Source: an uncultured Candidatus Peribacteria bacterium (GTDB taxonomy: Bacteria > Patescibacteriota > Gracilibacteria > UBA1369 > LOWO2-01-FULL-3). Taken from it: 64,000 bases of DNA. Of the stretch, positions 54,638 through 62,219 are shown one piece after another. The stretch spans positions 495 through 64,494 of the forward strand of contig CAYHGX010000005.1 of NCBI GenBank assembly GCA_964356355.1. The letters are read 5' to 3'. Under the pieces are notes generated by a model. That model was not told the origin of the DNA. It saw only the letters and a list, made by a program, of their open reading frames with translations, and made no database searches. The translations under genes were made by a program, and so were the position numbers. Each line of letters starts with the position of its first letter. The stretch's first letter is position 1.

Positions 54638-55984
54638 TTAAATATTGGAGTAACGGTATAGCATATCGGCCATTGAGGCGCGAGTCATGGCATAACCGGG
54701 ATAAAGATAAACATCACTGTTTGTAAGATGTTTGTCGCGGGTATACCAGGCAAAACTGAGGTACCATTTGGTGTCCGCGGTATTTGGTGTGTCGTAATAT
54801 GGCTGACCGTAGGTATTCGAAGGGATAACAATGTGATCTTTAACCATCGCAGCATTTAACAACATAGTAATCGCCTCAATGCGGGAGACCTGATTATTTG
54901 GACGGAAGGTGCCATCGGAATAGCCACGGACAATGCCAAGGTCGATAGCGGCCTTGAGATATTCAGAATACCAGTCATATTGTGCAACATCACTGAAATT
55001 GAGAAATTCGCCGTGATAATCCTGGGTGTTAATGTTTAGGGTTTCGATAATCACTTTGAGAGCTTCAGCGCGGGTGATGGCTTTTTCTGGACCAAAAGAG
55101 CTATCGGAATAACCTTCAAAGATGCCATTATCCTTGGCCCAAAGGATGGAGTCGCATAGGTTGTAATCTTTTGAAACGTCTTTAAAATCGCCACATTTGC
55201 CTGCAGGATTTTTCGCAGTGTAACTATCTTGGATTTCAAAATTGCCAAATTCAACATCCTTGCCTTTGGAATTTGCAGCAATTAATTTATAGGTGTAGAT
55301 ACCGTCCTCTACCTGATCGCCGTATTTATCTTCACCGTTCCAATATAGTTCGGATTGTCCGCCGGAGAGGCTATTTTCTGTGACTGGTGTTGCTATTACC
55401 TCGTCGTCTAGGCGAATTTCGAGGGTAACATCGGCATCACGATCGAGCTTGAAATCAATATTGAGATTGTTGTACTGAGGAAAATATGGAAGATCTTGAA
55501 TTTCATCACGCGTGATATTTGGCTTGCCGGTTGATTTTTCTTCCTCAGCCACCTGGATATCGCCAGTGGCTGAGTCGTTGCCTTTGGAGTTTTCGGCAGA
55601 GATTTTATAGGTGTAAACATCGGTTTCAACACCATCTCCGTCCCACTCAGCGGCATAGGTGCCTGCATCTAGGTTTTGTTCGTCGTAAATCGTGTCGATC
55701 TTTTTGGCATTGCGATAGATGGTAATTTTCGTGTCGGCGTCTTCACTGAGGGTAAAAACGATCTGTGTAATTTCGTTGATGCCGGGATCGAAGGCGTCTT
55801 TGGTTGCAAAAACATTTGTAAGGCGTGGTGCAGACAGGCTGCTGGAGTAGCTGTTTGAGCCATTGTTAGAGCCGGAATCTTGATATTCGTCCTTTAGAGT
55901 TGGGTGCATGGCAGAGGCGAAAACGGTTGCGGAATTGGCAACAAGGATCGTTGCTAAGAGGCTGATGAGAATTCGAGTTTTCAT
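54638..55984 (-). CDS. Secreted protein with FlgD-Ig-like repeats and C-terminal SLH-like domains
   Basis: Signal peptide, then repeats such as GTYAAEWDGDG / SELYWNGEDKYGDQVEDGIYTYK. These are followed by FKDVS...GYSDSSFGPEKAITRAEALKV and FSDVA...GYSDGTFRPNNQVSRIEAITM. Confidence 0.75.
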   Translation of the reverse strand: MKTRILISLLATILVANSATVFASAMHPTLKDEYQDSGSNNGSNSYSSSLSAPRLTNVFATKDAFDPGINEITQIVFTLSEDADTKITIYRNAKKIDTIYDEQNLDAGTYAAEWDGDGVETDVYTYKISAENSKGNDSATGDIQVAEEEKSTGKPNITRDEIQDLPYFPQYNNLNIDFKLDRDADVTLEIRLDDEVIATPVTENSLSGGQSELYWNGEDKYGDQVEDGIYTYKLIAANSKGKDVEFGNFEIQDSYTAKNPAGKCGDFKDVSKDYNLCDSILWAKDNGIFEGYSDSSFGPEKAITRAEALKVIIETLNINTQDYHGEFLNFSDVAQYDWYSEYLKAAIDLGIVRGYSDGTFRPNNQVSRIEAITMLLNAAMVKDHIVIPSNTYGQPYYDTPNTADTKWYLSFAWYTRDKHLTNSDVYLYPGYAMTRASMADMLYRYSNI

Positions 55985-56038
55985 AAGTTGTGTATGAGAA
56001 AAAATAGAACGTAAAGTAACACAGTTTCATGCGGCTGG

Positions 56039-56623
56039 TCAAGCTTGATTTAATAATGTAATTCCGAGCTTTTTCAACATTTTGCGAAGACGGTAGAGAG
56101 GCAGGCCTACAACGTTGAAGTAGTCACCTTCTATTTTTTTGATATAGAGGGCGCCGACGCCTTGTATGGCGTAGCCCCCTGCTTTATCGGCGCCCTCACC
56201 GGAAGCGATGTAGGCTTCAATTTCTTTTTCTTCAAGCCGGTCCATGGTTACTAAAGTTGTTTCGATGGCGGTTAAACATTTATGAGCCTTTGTATCCATG
56301 ATACAAATTGCTGTTAGAACCCTTTGTGTGGTGCCACTTTGAAGGCGGAGCAGGCGCACGTGGTCTGCGTGGTCTTTGGGCTTGCCGAGACAGTGTTCCC
56401 CTACTGCCACGATGGTATCGGCGCCGATTACAAGTGAATCGCGATAATGGCGGCCCACCTCCTGAGCCTTACCGATGGCGTTGTGGAGAGCTAAGTCCTC
56501 TGGAGTTAAATGTGTATCCTTTTCTGTGAAGTCACTGGAATGCACTATAAAGTCGAGTCCGATGGAGTCTAGAAGCTCTTTTCTGCGTGGGCTGGCTGAG
56601 GCAAGAATGATTTGTTTGTGCAT
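56039..56623 (-). CDS. maf: Maf-like nucleoside triphosphate pyrophosphatase
   Basis: IILASASPRRKELL start and GAD.IV, GGYAIQG motifs. Confidence 0.9.
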   Translation of the reverse strand: MHKQIILASASPRRKELLDSIGLDFIVHSSDFTEKDTHLTPEDLALHNAIGKAQEVGRHYRDSLVIGADTIVAVGEHCLGKPKDHADHVRLLRLQSGTTQRVLTAICIMDTKAHKCLTAIETTLVTMDRLEEKEIEAYIASGEGADKAGGYAIQGVGALYIKKIEGDYFNVVGLPLYRLRKMLKKLGITLLNQA

Positions 56624-56629
56624 TTATGA

Positions 56630-56658
56630 TTGACTTAATGGTGACGTTATCTTAGAAT
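56630..56658 (+). promoter_or_regulatory. Promoter for rpsT (TTGACT-17-TAGAAT)
   Basis: Near-consensus hexamers 34 nt upstream of the rpsT ATG. Confidence 0.6.
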
Positions 56659-56691
56659 CGCACAGCAAATTATCATATTAAATATCAGAAA

Positions 56692-57060
56692 ATGCCAGTA
56701 ATTAAGTCCGCAAAAAAGCAAATGCGCCAAAATGCTAAGCGCAGAGCACGAAATGTCCCTGTGAGAAGTGAGCTAAAAACTGTTGTAAAAAATCAGTTGG
56801 CTAGAATTAAAGATGGAAAAGTGGAAGAGGCGGTTAAATTTATGGCAATGGCTTACAGCGTAATTGATACTGCTGTTAAGAAACAAATTATTCACAAAAA
56901 CAACGCGGCTCGAAAGAAATCTCTTTTGGCTAGAAATTTGAATGACTTGGTAACTAAGACCGGCCACAAGGCTGCCGAGGGAGAAAAAGCTACTCCAAAG
57001 AAGACAGCTAAAAAGGCCCCAGTGAAAAAGGCTGCTGCGAAAAAAGAGAAGGCTGCATAA
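56692..57060 (+). CDS. rpsT: 30S ribosomal protein S20 with a Lys/Ala-rich C-terminal extension
   Basis: MPVIKSAKKQMRQNAKRRARN is the canonical S20 start. Confidence 0.9.
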   Translation: MPVIKSAKKQMRQNAKRRARNVPVRSELKTVVKNQLARIKDGKVEEAVKFMAMAYSVIDTAVKKQIIHKNNAARKKSLLARNLNDLVTKTGHKAAEGEKATPKKTAKKAPVKKAAAKKEKAA

Positions 57061-57072
57061 GCTTGATAGATC

Positions 57073-57720
57073 ATGAATAACAAAATTCCTCCGAGTGTGA
57101 ATCACAGAGAGGGATTTTTTTTGCTTAAGTTGAGGTTTCTGTGGAAGATTTTGTGGGGACGGACGCGGGGCGCGGATGCCTTTTTGGATAGGTTTGCAGA
57201 CTTTGATGTGGTGGAACTTAGGAGGTTAACTGGGAAGAGGCTTTTGAATTTGATTGTGGACATTGATGGCTGTATCGCGCCAGGCTACGGTGAGATTTTG
57301 CCTGAGAATATTGAAAAAATCAGGGAACTGATTGGGCAGGGCGTGGGCGTGGGGATTTATTCCAATGCGAGCTTGGTTGAGCGCTTGAAACCTTTGGCCG
57401 ATCTTGGAGTGGAAATTTATGATGGCAAATATCCAAAGCCCATGGCTGAGGGCTTTTTGGAGGCCTGCGAGGAGTTTGGATTTGGGCCCGCCGTGACTTG
57501 GATGATCGGAGATAACCCGGCCACTGACGGCGGGGCCGTAGGCGTGCTGGAAGGCATGGCTTTTGTGAAGCCGATAAAACAGAATAGCAAAATCCTGGAT
57601 TGGAGGAAGAGACTAAGCCTGGTAGTACAAAAGACTTTAAGGGCAGTTGCTCTTTGGATCACACGAGTTGGCAACAAAAACCTGCTTACTTCAGAGGATT
57701 TGGTAACAATTAAACAGTAG
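57073..57720 (+). CDS. HAD-superfamily phosphatase (YqeG-like, subfamily IIIA)
   Basis: Motif I is LIVDIDGCIAP and motif IV is MIGDNPATDGG. Confidence 0.75.
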   Translation: MNNKIPPSVNHREGFFLLKLRFLWKILWGRTRGADAFLDRFADFDVVELRRLTGKRLLNLIVDIDGCIAPGYGEILPENIEKIRELIGQGVGVGIYSNASLVERLKPLADLGVEIYDGKYPKPMAEGFLEACEEFGFGPAVTWMIGDNPATDGGAVGVLEGMAFVKPIKQNSKILDWRKRLSLVVQKTLRAVALWITRVGNKNLLTSEDLVTIKQ

Positions 57721-57744
57721 CAGACTGCTGGTGATAATTGTTGA

Positions 57745-58476
57745 TCAGGCGCTAAGTTTAACTTTCAAATCTTGAGCCCCATCAGCGAATATACATAATG
57801 ACCAAAATGGAGGGATGCCTACGTTATCCAGGCAGAGATCTTGTCTGATTTCTACTCTTTTAGGTGTGTTTGGAGTATCCGAAGAGAAAAATTGTAACCT
57901 TTGAGTAAGAAAACTGTGAACAAATTTCCTTAAATGGCTGACAAATTGTTGAGTAAAAAGTTCCCTTGGATGATTCTGATCTGTATATGGATGGTTCACC
58001 TCCACTTTTCCATAGACTCCGTCTCGTTGTGTAGCCTCATAAAAGCCAAAATGTGTTGCAAAATCTGAAATAGGGAATGTTAATTGCTGTACTCCTGTGT
58101 TGAAATTCTCAAGGCTGTCGCCATTGGCAAGGACACTGCTCAGGGAGGCCTCCAATTTAGGAGCTAATTCATTAAAATAAGCTATGGCACGGGTTTGTGC
58201 TGCTAAGTGGACTGCATTAGTTGTGGCTTCTATGGATTTTGGTGCTTGAGAATTCGGATGGGCTCCTTTTGGACCTCTATGGGAATATAATGAGTGGCCC
58301 TCAATGGCAACTGGTTTATCTGCTGCAGTGGATTCATCATCTTGATTGGCTTTAATTTCAGCCTGAGTATCTCTTAATTGGCTATATACCTCCTCCCTTA
58401 GAATTGGGTCATCAAAGCGAGGTGATCTATCGAGCTGATCTGGTGGCGGCAAAATAAGCGAGTTCTCTAGAGACAT
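57745..58476 (-). CDS. Hypothetical protein, paralog A (243 aa)
   Basis: Shares blocks with 59092..59928: LILPPPDQLDRSPRFDDPIL vs LVLPRGLDRPVRSDDPLV, and AYFNELAPKLEASL vs AHFEALKPALEAKL. Confidence 0.6.
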   Translation of the reverse strand: MSLENSLILPPPDQLDRSPRFDDPILREEVYSQLRDTQAEIKANQDDESTAADKPVAIEGHSLYSHRGPKGAHPNSQAPKSIEATTNAVHLAAQTRAIAYFNELAPKLEASLSSVLANGDSLENFNTGVQQLTFPISDFATHFGFYEATQRDGVYGKVEVNHPYTDQNHPRELFTQQFVSHLRKFVHSFLTQRLQFFSSDTPNTPKRVEIRQDLCLDNVGIPPFWSLCIFADGAQDLKVKLSA

Positions 58477-58537
58477 AATTTCAAATTAGGATAAGTTATC
58501 CTATAGCAATAGCCGTTAAACTGTCAAGAGCTTGGAA

Positions 58538-58847
58538 CTAAAAAGGCCCCAGTTTTTCCAGCAATGGAATAATGGCTTATTTTAGCTTTATGTCTGAACT
58601 CCAACTTTGAACCACTGCCTCAATCGGCCCCGGATGAGTTGGCTAGCGGTGTTGACGTGAAAGTATATAAAGTTGTCCCCGGTGAGAGCCTTGCTGGAGA
58701 CGAAATGGCCTGTGCAACCCCTTGTTTTAGTGTGAATCTGTGCGCGCGCACATGCGAAAATAATATTTTCAGCTTTACGTCAAACTCACGATATTGCGCG
58801 GTATTGAGTTTTTATGTGAAATTCCGGAAAAACTGGGGCCTTTTTAG
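58538..58847. repeat. Perfect 22-bp inverted repeat pair flanking 266 bp
   Basis: 58538-58559 reads CTAAAAAGGCCCCAGTTTTTCC. 58826-58847 reads GGAAAAACTGGGGCCTTTTTAG, its exact reverse complement. Confidence 0.85.
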
Positions 58848-58848
58848 C

Positions 58849-59045
58849 TTGGGGGATAACCCAGCTACGGACGGCGGGGCCGTGGGCGTGCTGGAAGGTG
58901 TGGCTTTTGTGAAGACAATAGTGTTTTGAGTGGGAAGCAACGAATAAAGTTGATAATGCAAAAACTTTCCAGAGCCTTGGCCGTATTTATTACACGTGTT
59001 GGGAATAAAAGATTGCTGGGGTCGGATGATTTGCGGATAGGCTGA
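58849..59045 (+). pseudogene. Relic of the 3' end of a second HAD phosphatase gene
   Basis: GDNPATDGGAVGVLEGVAFVK matches 57073..57720 (roughly 88% nt identity over the first 60 nt by eye). After that come stops and a frame change, and then QKLSRALAVFITRVGNKRLLGSDDL matches QKTLRAVALWITRVGNKNLLTSEDL. Confidence 0.65.
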
Positions 59046-59091
59046 AATTGGCAATCAAAAAATCACGCTTCAGCCATTAATCCCTGGAGCC

Positions 59092-59928
59092 TTAAGCTTG
59101 GAACCTTAGGATTTCCTTCACGTCATTAGTAGCAAAAGCTATTTTAATGCTCCATCCAATTATCTTTTGATTATCCAAATATGGTTCAACGCTTATAAGA
59201 GGATTGTACGTTCCAAAACGCCTGAGTGTCTCACCTTCCATTGTGCATGTGACATGGGAATCTACGAATGCTTTTATCATACCTTGTAATGCCTGCTGGA
59301 ATTCTTGATAGAATGTGGCTCTTGGATGTTCGTAAGATAGGTACTCGGGCGGAGCACTAAAAGGTTCAACAGGAAGATTTGCCTTATTCAGATTGGCCAA
59401 TGCAACCTTTGGGGTTGTATCAGGAATTAATGTTTCTAGAAACACTCCTGTACCTCTCAGAGAATTTTCAAATATTTGATTGAATCCATATGGAGATGGC
59501 TCTGTAGCTAGAGATTCTCGCAGTTTTGCCTCAAGTGCTGGCTTTAAGGCTTCGAAATGAGCCTTGGCGCGTTGGAGAGCTGCGGGTATGATCGCCTCTT
59601 TTAATCTCGTGTGGTCTTCTTGGCTTCTACTCCTGCGGAATGCCGCGTCTTGAGCGGCTATTGGAGATGGCTGGTGTTGGCCGGCTAGTCCAACCTTCTG
59701 CCCCCCATCAAAAGAAACTGTCCTTTTCTCTACTGTGACCGCATTTTCTCCTATCTGCACACCAAGCCCCATTACTCTTCTCATTGCGTCAGAAAGCTCA
59801 GCTACCTCAGTGTATTTTCCCTCATCGACAAGTGGATCATCAGAGCGCACTGGGCGATCTAACCCTCTGGGGAGGACTAATCCGTGGCCTAAATCGTCAA
59901 TTTCTGCACTTCGAGATTCTGAACTCAT
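59092..59928 (-). CDS. Hypothetical protein, paralog B (278 aa)
   Basis: Diverged paralog of 57745..58476 in the same position relative to the HAD 3' end. Confidence 0.6.
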   Translation of the reverse strand: MSSESRSAEIDDLGHGLVLPRGLDRPVRSDDPLVDEGKYTEVAELSDAMRRVMGLGVQIGENAVTVEKRTVSFDGGQKVGLAGQHQPSPIAAQDAAFRRSRSQEDHTRLKEAIIPAALQRAKAHFEALKPALEAKLRESLATEPSPYGFNQIFENSLRGTGVFLETLIPDTTPKVALANLNKANLPVEPFSAPPEYLSYEHPRATFYQEFQQALQGMIKAFVDSHVTCTMEGETLRRFGTYNPLISVEPYLDNQKIIGWSIKIAFATNDVKEILRFQA

Positions 59929-60064
59929 AGATTTGTGTTACGTCTTGGCAATTAAATATATCGCAGAATCAAATTATGTCAAACTTGGAGATGCTATGGG
60001 TTCGGAGTATTTGCTGGCACAGGATAAGGCAGAAGTATAAAATAAGAAAAAGTAACCAAATCAT

Positions 60065-61342
60065 ATGAAGAAAATAAGTTTATCAGTGTTTGCTATAGCA
60101 CTTTTCATAAATACAGCGTCGATGAGCTTGGCACTAGAGCCTATGGGCGGAAGTTTTAGTGATGTTACCGTTTCTACCTATTATCGCAACTCTATCAACT
60201 GGATGGATGAAGCTGGCGTGATAAATGGTTATCCTGATGGGACTTTCAAACCAGATCAGTGCGTGAATCGCGTAGAATTTCTAAAAATGATGTTCAAGAC
60301 CTTTGAAATAGCAACAAGTGCTTATGATGCAACGCTGTTTTCTGATACTCCTGAGGGACAGTGGTATACCCCATATGTTAAAGCGGCAATAGCGCGTAAG
60401 ACTATAAATGGCTATCCTGATGGGACATTTAAACCAGGACAATGTGTAAACCGAGTTGAGGCGATTAAGATGGCAGTTTTGGAGTTCAATATGGGTGAAA
60501 ATCCCGGAGCTTGGGGAATGTACACTAATCCATATGACGTTGCACTGGTGAAAGATGCCTGGTGGAAGCCCTATTTTGCAACCGCAATGGGTGCAAATTT
60601 TGTAGGTATAGATCATTTCGTTCAATATGATGCAGATTGGATGAAACTAGGTATTGATAATAACTTTGGAAATCCAACCTATGATTTCGGGCCAGGAGAA
60701 TCGATGACTAGAAAAGAAGTTGCTGAGATGCTTTATAGAATGAAGGCGGCAAATGATAATAATAAAGAATATTATAGTGAAGGGTTTACACCATTGATGT
60801 TGAAGGCAACTTTTGAACCTGACTGCAGCGGACTTGGGGATTCATGGATAAGTAGTGTGTGGAAGGGCAACGATCCTTTGGCGTTTTGTTATAAAACTAC
60901 ATGGGGAACACCAGAGCTGAAGGATTCCTCTATTAGTCCTGAAGCAAGAATCGGACAAATTTACTACGTTACTTTTTCTAAGGCTGACGGCAATTCTCCT
61001 TTGCTAGGATATTCTACTTTGGATTTTCAAAAACTTGGAGATAGCGATGTCTCTGAAATTGCAAATTGGGATGCTATAGATTTCAGCAAAAGCGAAGCAG
61101 AATTGGCAGAGCTTTTCCCTGAGAATGAAAATCCCGTGGTAGAAAAGATAGTTATCAACGACAAGCAGATACTTAAGGTGAGTACTGATTATATTTCCTC
61201 CTTCACCCAAGAACATATTCAAACGATTTATTACTTGGCACCGAAGGTTTCAATCAATGGTACAGATTATAATTTGTTTGCCTTGGGAGGGATATCAATC
61301 GAAAGTGATTTGAAGAAAGTGATGGAGTCGATGAGATTTTGA
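60065..61342 (+). CDS. Secreted SLH-domain protein with an unrecognised C-terminal domain
   Basis: Signal peptide, then FSDVTVSTYY...GYPDGTFKPDQCVNRVEFLKM and FSDTPEGQWY...GYPDGTFKPGQCVNRVEAIKM, plus a third degenerate SLH. Confidence 0.75.
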   Translation: MKKISLSVFAIALFINTASMSLALEPMGGSFSDVTVSTYYRNSINWMDEAGVINGYPDGTFKPDQCVNRVEFLKMMFKTFEIATSAYDATLFSDTPEGQWYTPYVKAAIARKTINGYPDGTFKPGQCVNRVEAIKMAVLEFNMGENPGAWGMYTNPYDVALVKDAWWKPYFATAMGANFVGIDHFVQYDADWMKLGIDNNFGNPTYDFGPGESMTRKEVAEMLYRMKAANDNNKEYYSEGFTPLMLKATFEPDCSGLGDSWISSVWKGNDPLAFCYKTTWGTPELKDSSISPEARIGQIYYVTFSKADGNSPLLGYSTLDFQKLGDSDVSEIANWDAIDFSKSEAELAELFPENENPVVEKIVINDKQILKVSTDYISSFTQEHIQTIYYLAPKVSINGTDYNLFALGGISIESDLKKVMESMRF

Positions 61343-61382
61343 TCACTCAAAACCTTTGCCTACAAACGCATTTTATATTACA

Positions 61383-61411
61383 ATCCCCTGCGATGTCGGG
61401 GGATTTTTTTT
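61383..61411 (+). terminator. Rho-independent terminator
   Basis: ATCCCC-N10-GGGGAT followed by T8. Confidence 0.65.
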
Positions 61412-61464
61412 GCCACGTGGCAAGAAATCGGTGGACCTCCTATCGGCAGTGCGCTTTGAAAAAT

Positions 61465-61541
61465 GGGCCTGTAGCTCAGCTGGTTAGAGCAGTCGGCTCA
61501 TAACCGATTGGTCCCTGGTTCAAGTCCAGGCAGGCCCACCA
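61465..61541 (+). tRNA. tRNA with anticodon CAT; elongator type, probably tRNA-Ile2 (lysidine) rather than tRNA-Met
   Basis: GGGCCTG/CAGGCCC acceptor stem with a G1:C72 pair, so not an initiator. The anticodon loop is CTCATAA. The body (TTAGAGCAG.CG.CTCATAA.CG.TTGGTC.CTGGTTCAAGTCCAG) resembles E. coli ileX as I remember it. CCA is encoded. Confidence 0.85.
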
Positions 61542-61554
61542 AGAATTATTATTT

Positions 61555-61965
61555 ATGAGCGAAGTAATCACCATTGAAGTAACTGTGCAGGTGCCGGCGG
61601 AAAAGGCGTGGGATGTTTACACTAAGCCCGAATATGTCGTGCAGTGGAACCATGCCTCAGAAGATTGGCAGTGTCCGAAGGCGGAAAATGATTTGCGTGT
61701 GGGAGGAAAATTCAGTTCAAGAATGGAGGCGAAGGATGGGAGTTTTGGCTTCGACTTTGGGGGAACTTACAGCGAGGTAAGGCTCCATGAATATATTGCA
61801 TATAGTATGGATGATGGGCGGACTGTGGAAATTAGTTTTATTCCAAGTGGTGAGGAAACAAAGGTAGTGGTAGCATTTGACCCAGAAACTGAGAATTCTC
61901 TTGAGCTGCAACGTGGCGGCTGGCAAGCGATTCTGGATAATTTCAAGAAGTGTGCGGAAAAATAG
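61555..61965 (+). CDS. SRPBCC-superfamily protein (AHSA1/START-like)
   Basis: 136 aa with PAEKAWDVYTKPEYVVQW...FGFDFGGTYSEV, typical of Aha1-like SRPBCC proteins. Starts 13 nt after the tRNA. Confidence 0.75.
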   Translation: MSEVITIEVTVQVPAEKAWDVYTKPEYVVQWNHASEDWQCPKAENDLRVGGKFSSRMEAKDGSFGFDFGGTYSEVRLHEYIAYSMDDGRTVEISFIPSGEETKVVVAFDPETENSLELQRGGWQAILDNFKKCAEK

Positions 61966-62032
61966 GCACCTTGTATAAAGTAAATTATAGGAGGAGAATA
62001 AAAGATGATTTATATTTCTTGACCTCATTTTT

Positions 62033-62134
62033 ATGGCTGGATTAGGAGATTTTATTAAGGCAGGTATCGTTTCATGGCTTTTGGGTGGAGGGCTGATTGC
62101 GGCGATCGTTATCTATTTTCTTTTCTTTAGGTAG
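62033..62134 (+). CDS. Possible 33-aa membrane peptide
   Basis: MAGLGDFIKAGIVSWLLGGGLIAAIVIYFLFFR*, one hydrophobic helix. Not in the ORF track and weakly supported. Confidence 0.2.
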   Translation: MAGLGDFIKAGIVSWLLGGGLIAAIVIYFLFFR

Positions 62135-62219
62135 AAATTGGATAGAATGAGGGCATGGCTGCAATTCGAAGTACATGTAAGGCGTGCTCCAAGGACTTTT
62201 TGATCGTTGATGAGGAGGT

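Noticed and set aside
57500-59045. HAD 3' end and its relic as a DGR template/variable repeat pair
   Set aside because: The mismatches are not adenine-specific; they are mixed transitions and transversions at many bases. No reverse transcriptase gene is present in the window.
58477-59091. Large spacers (also 4309-4707 and 5484-5862) as hosts of RNase P RNA, tmRNA or SRP RNA
   Set aside because: None contains the hallmark strings I looked for: the GAGGAAAGUCC-type P4 element, a tRNA-like 3' end with a tag ORF, or the SRP GGAA/AGCA domain IV motif. This was checked by eye only.
61990-62022. The only strong GGAGGA motif, followed by a 5-codon mini-ORF (MIYIS*)
   Set aside because: The organism does not seem to use SD motifs, the ORF is too short to evaluate, and there is no obvious attenuator structure downstream.
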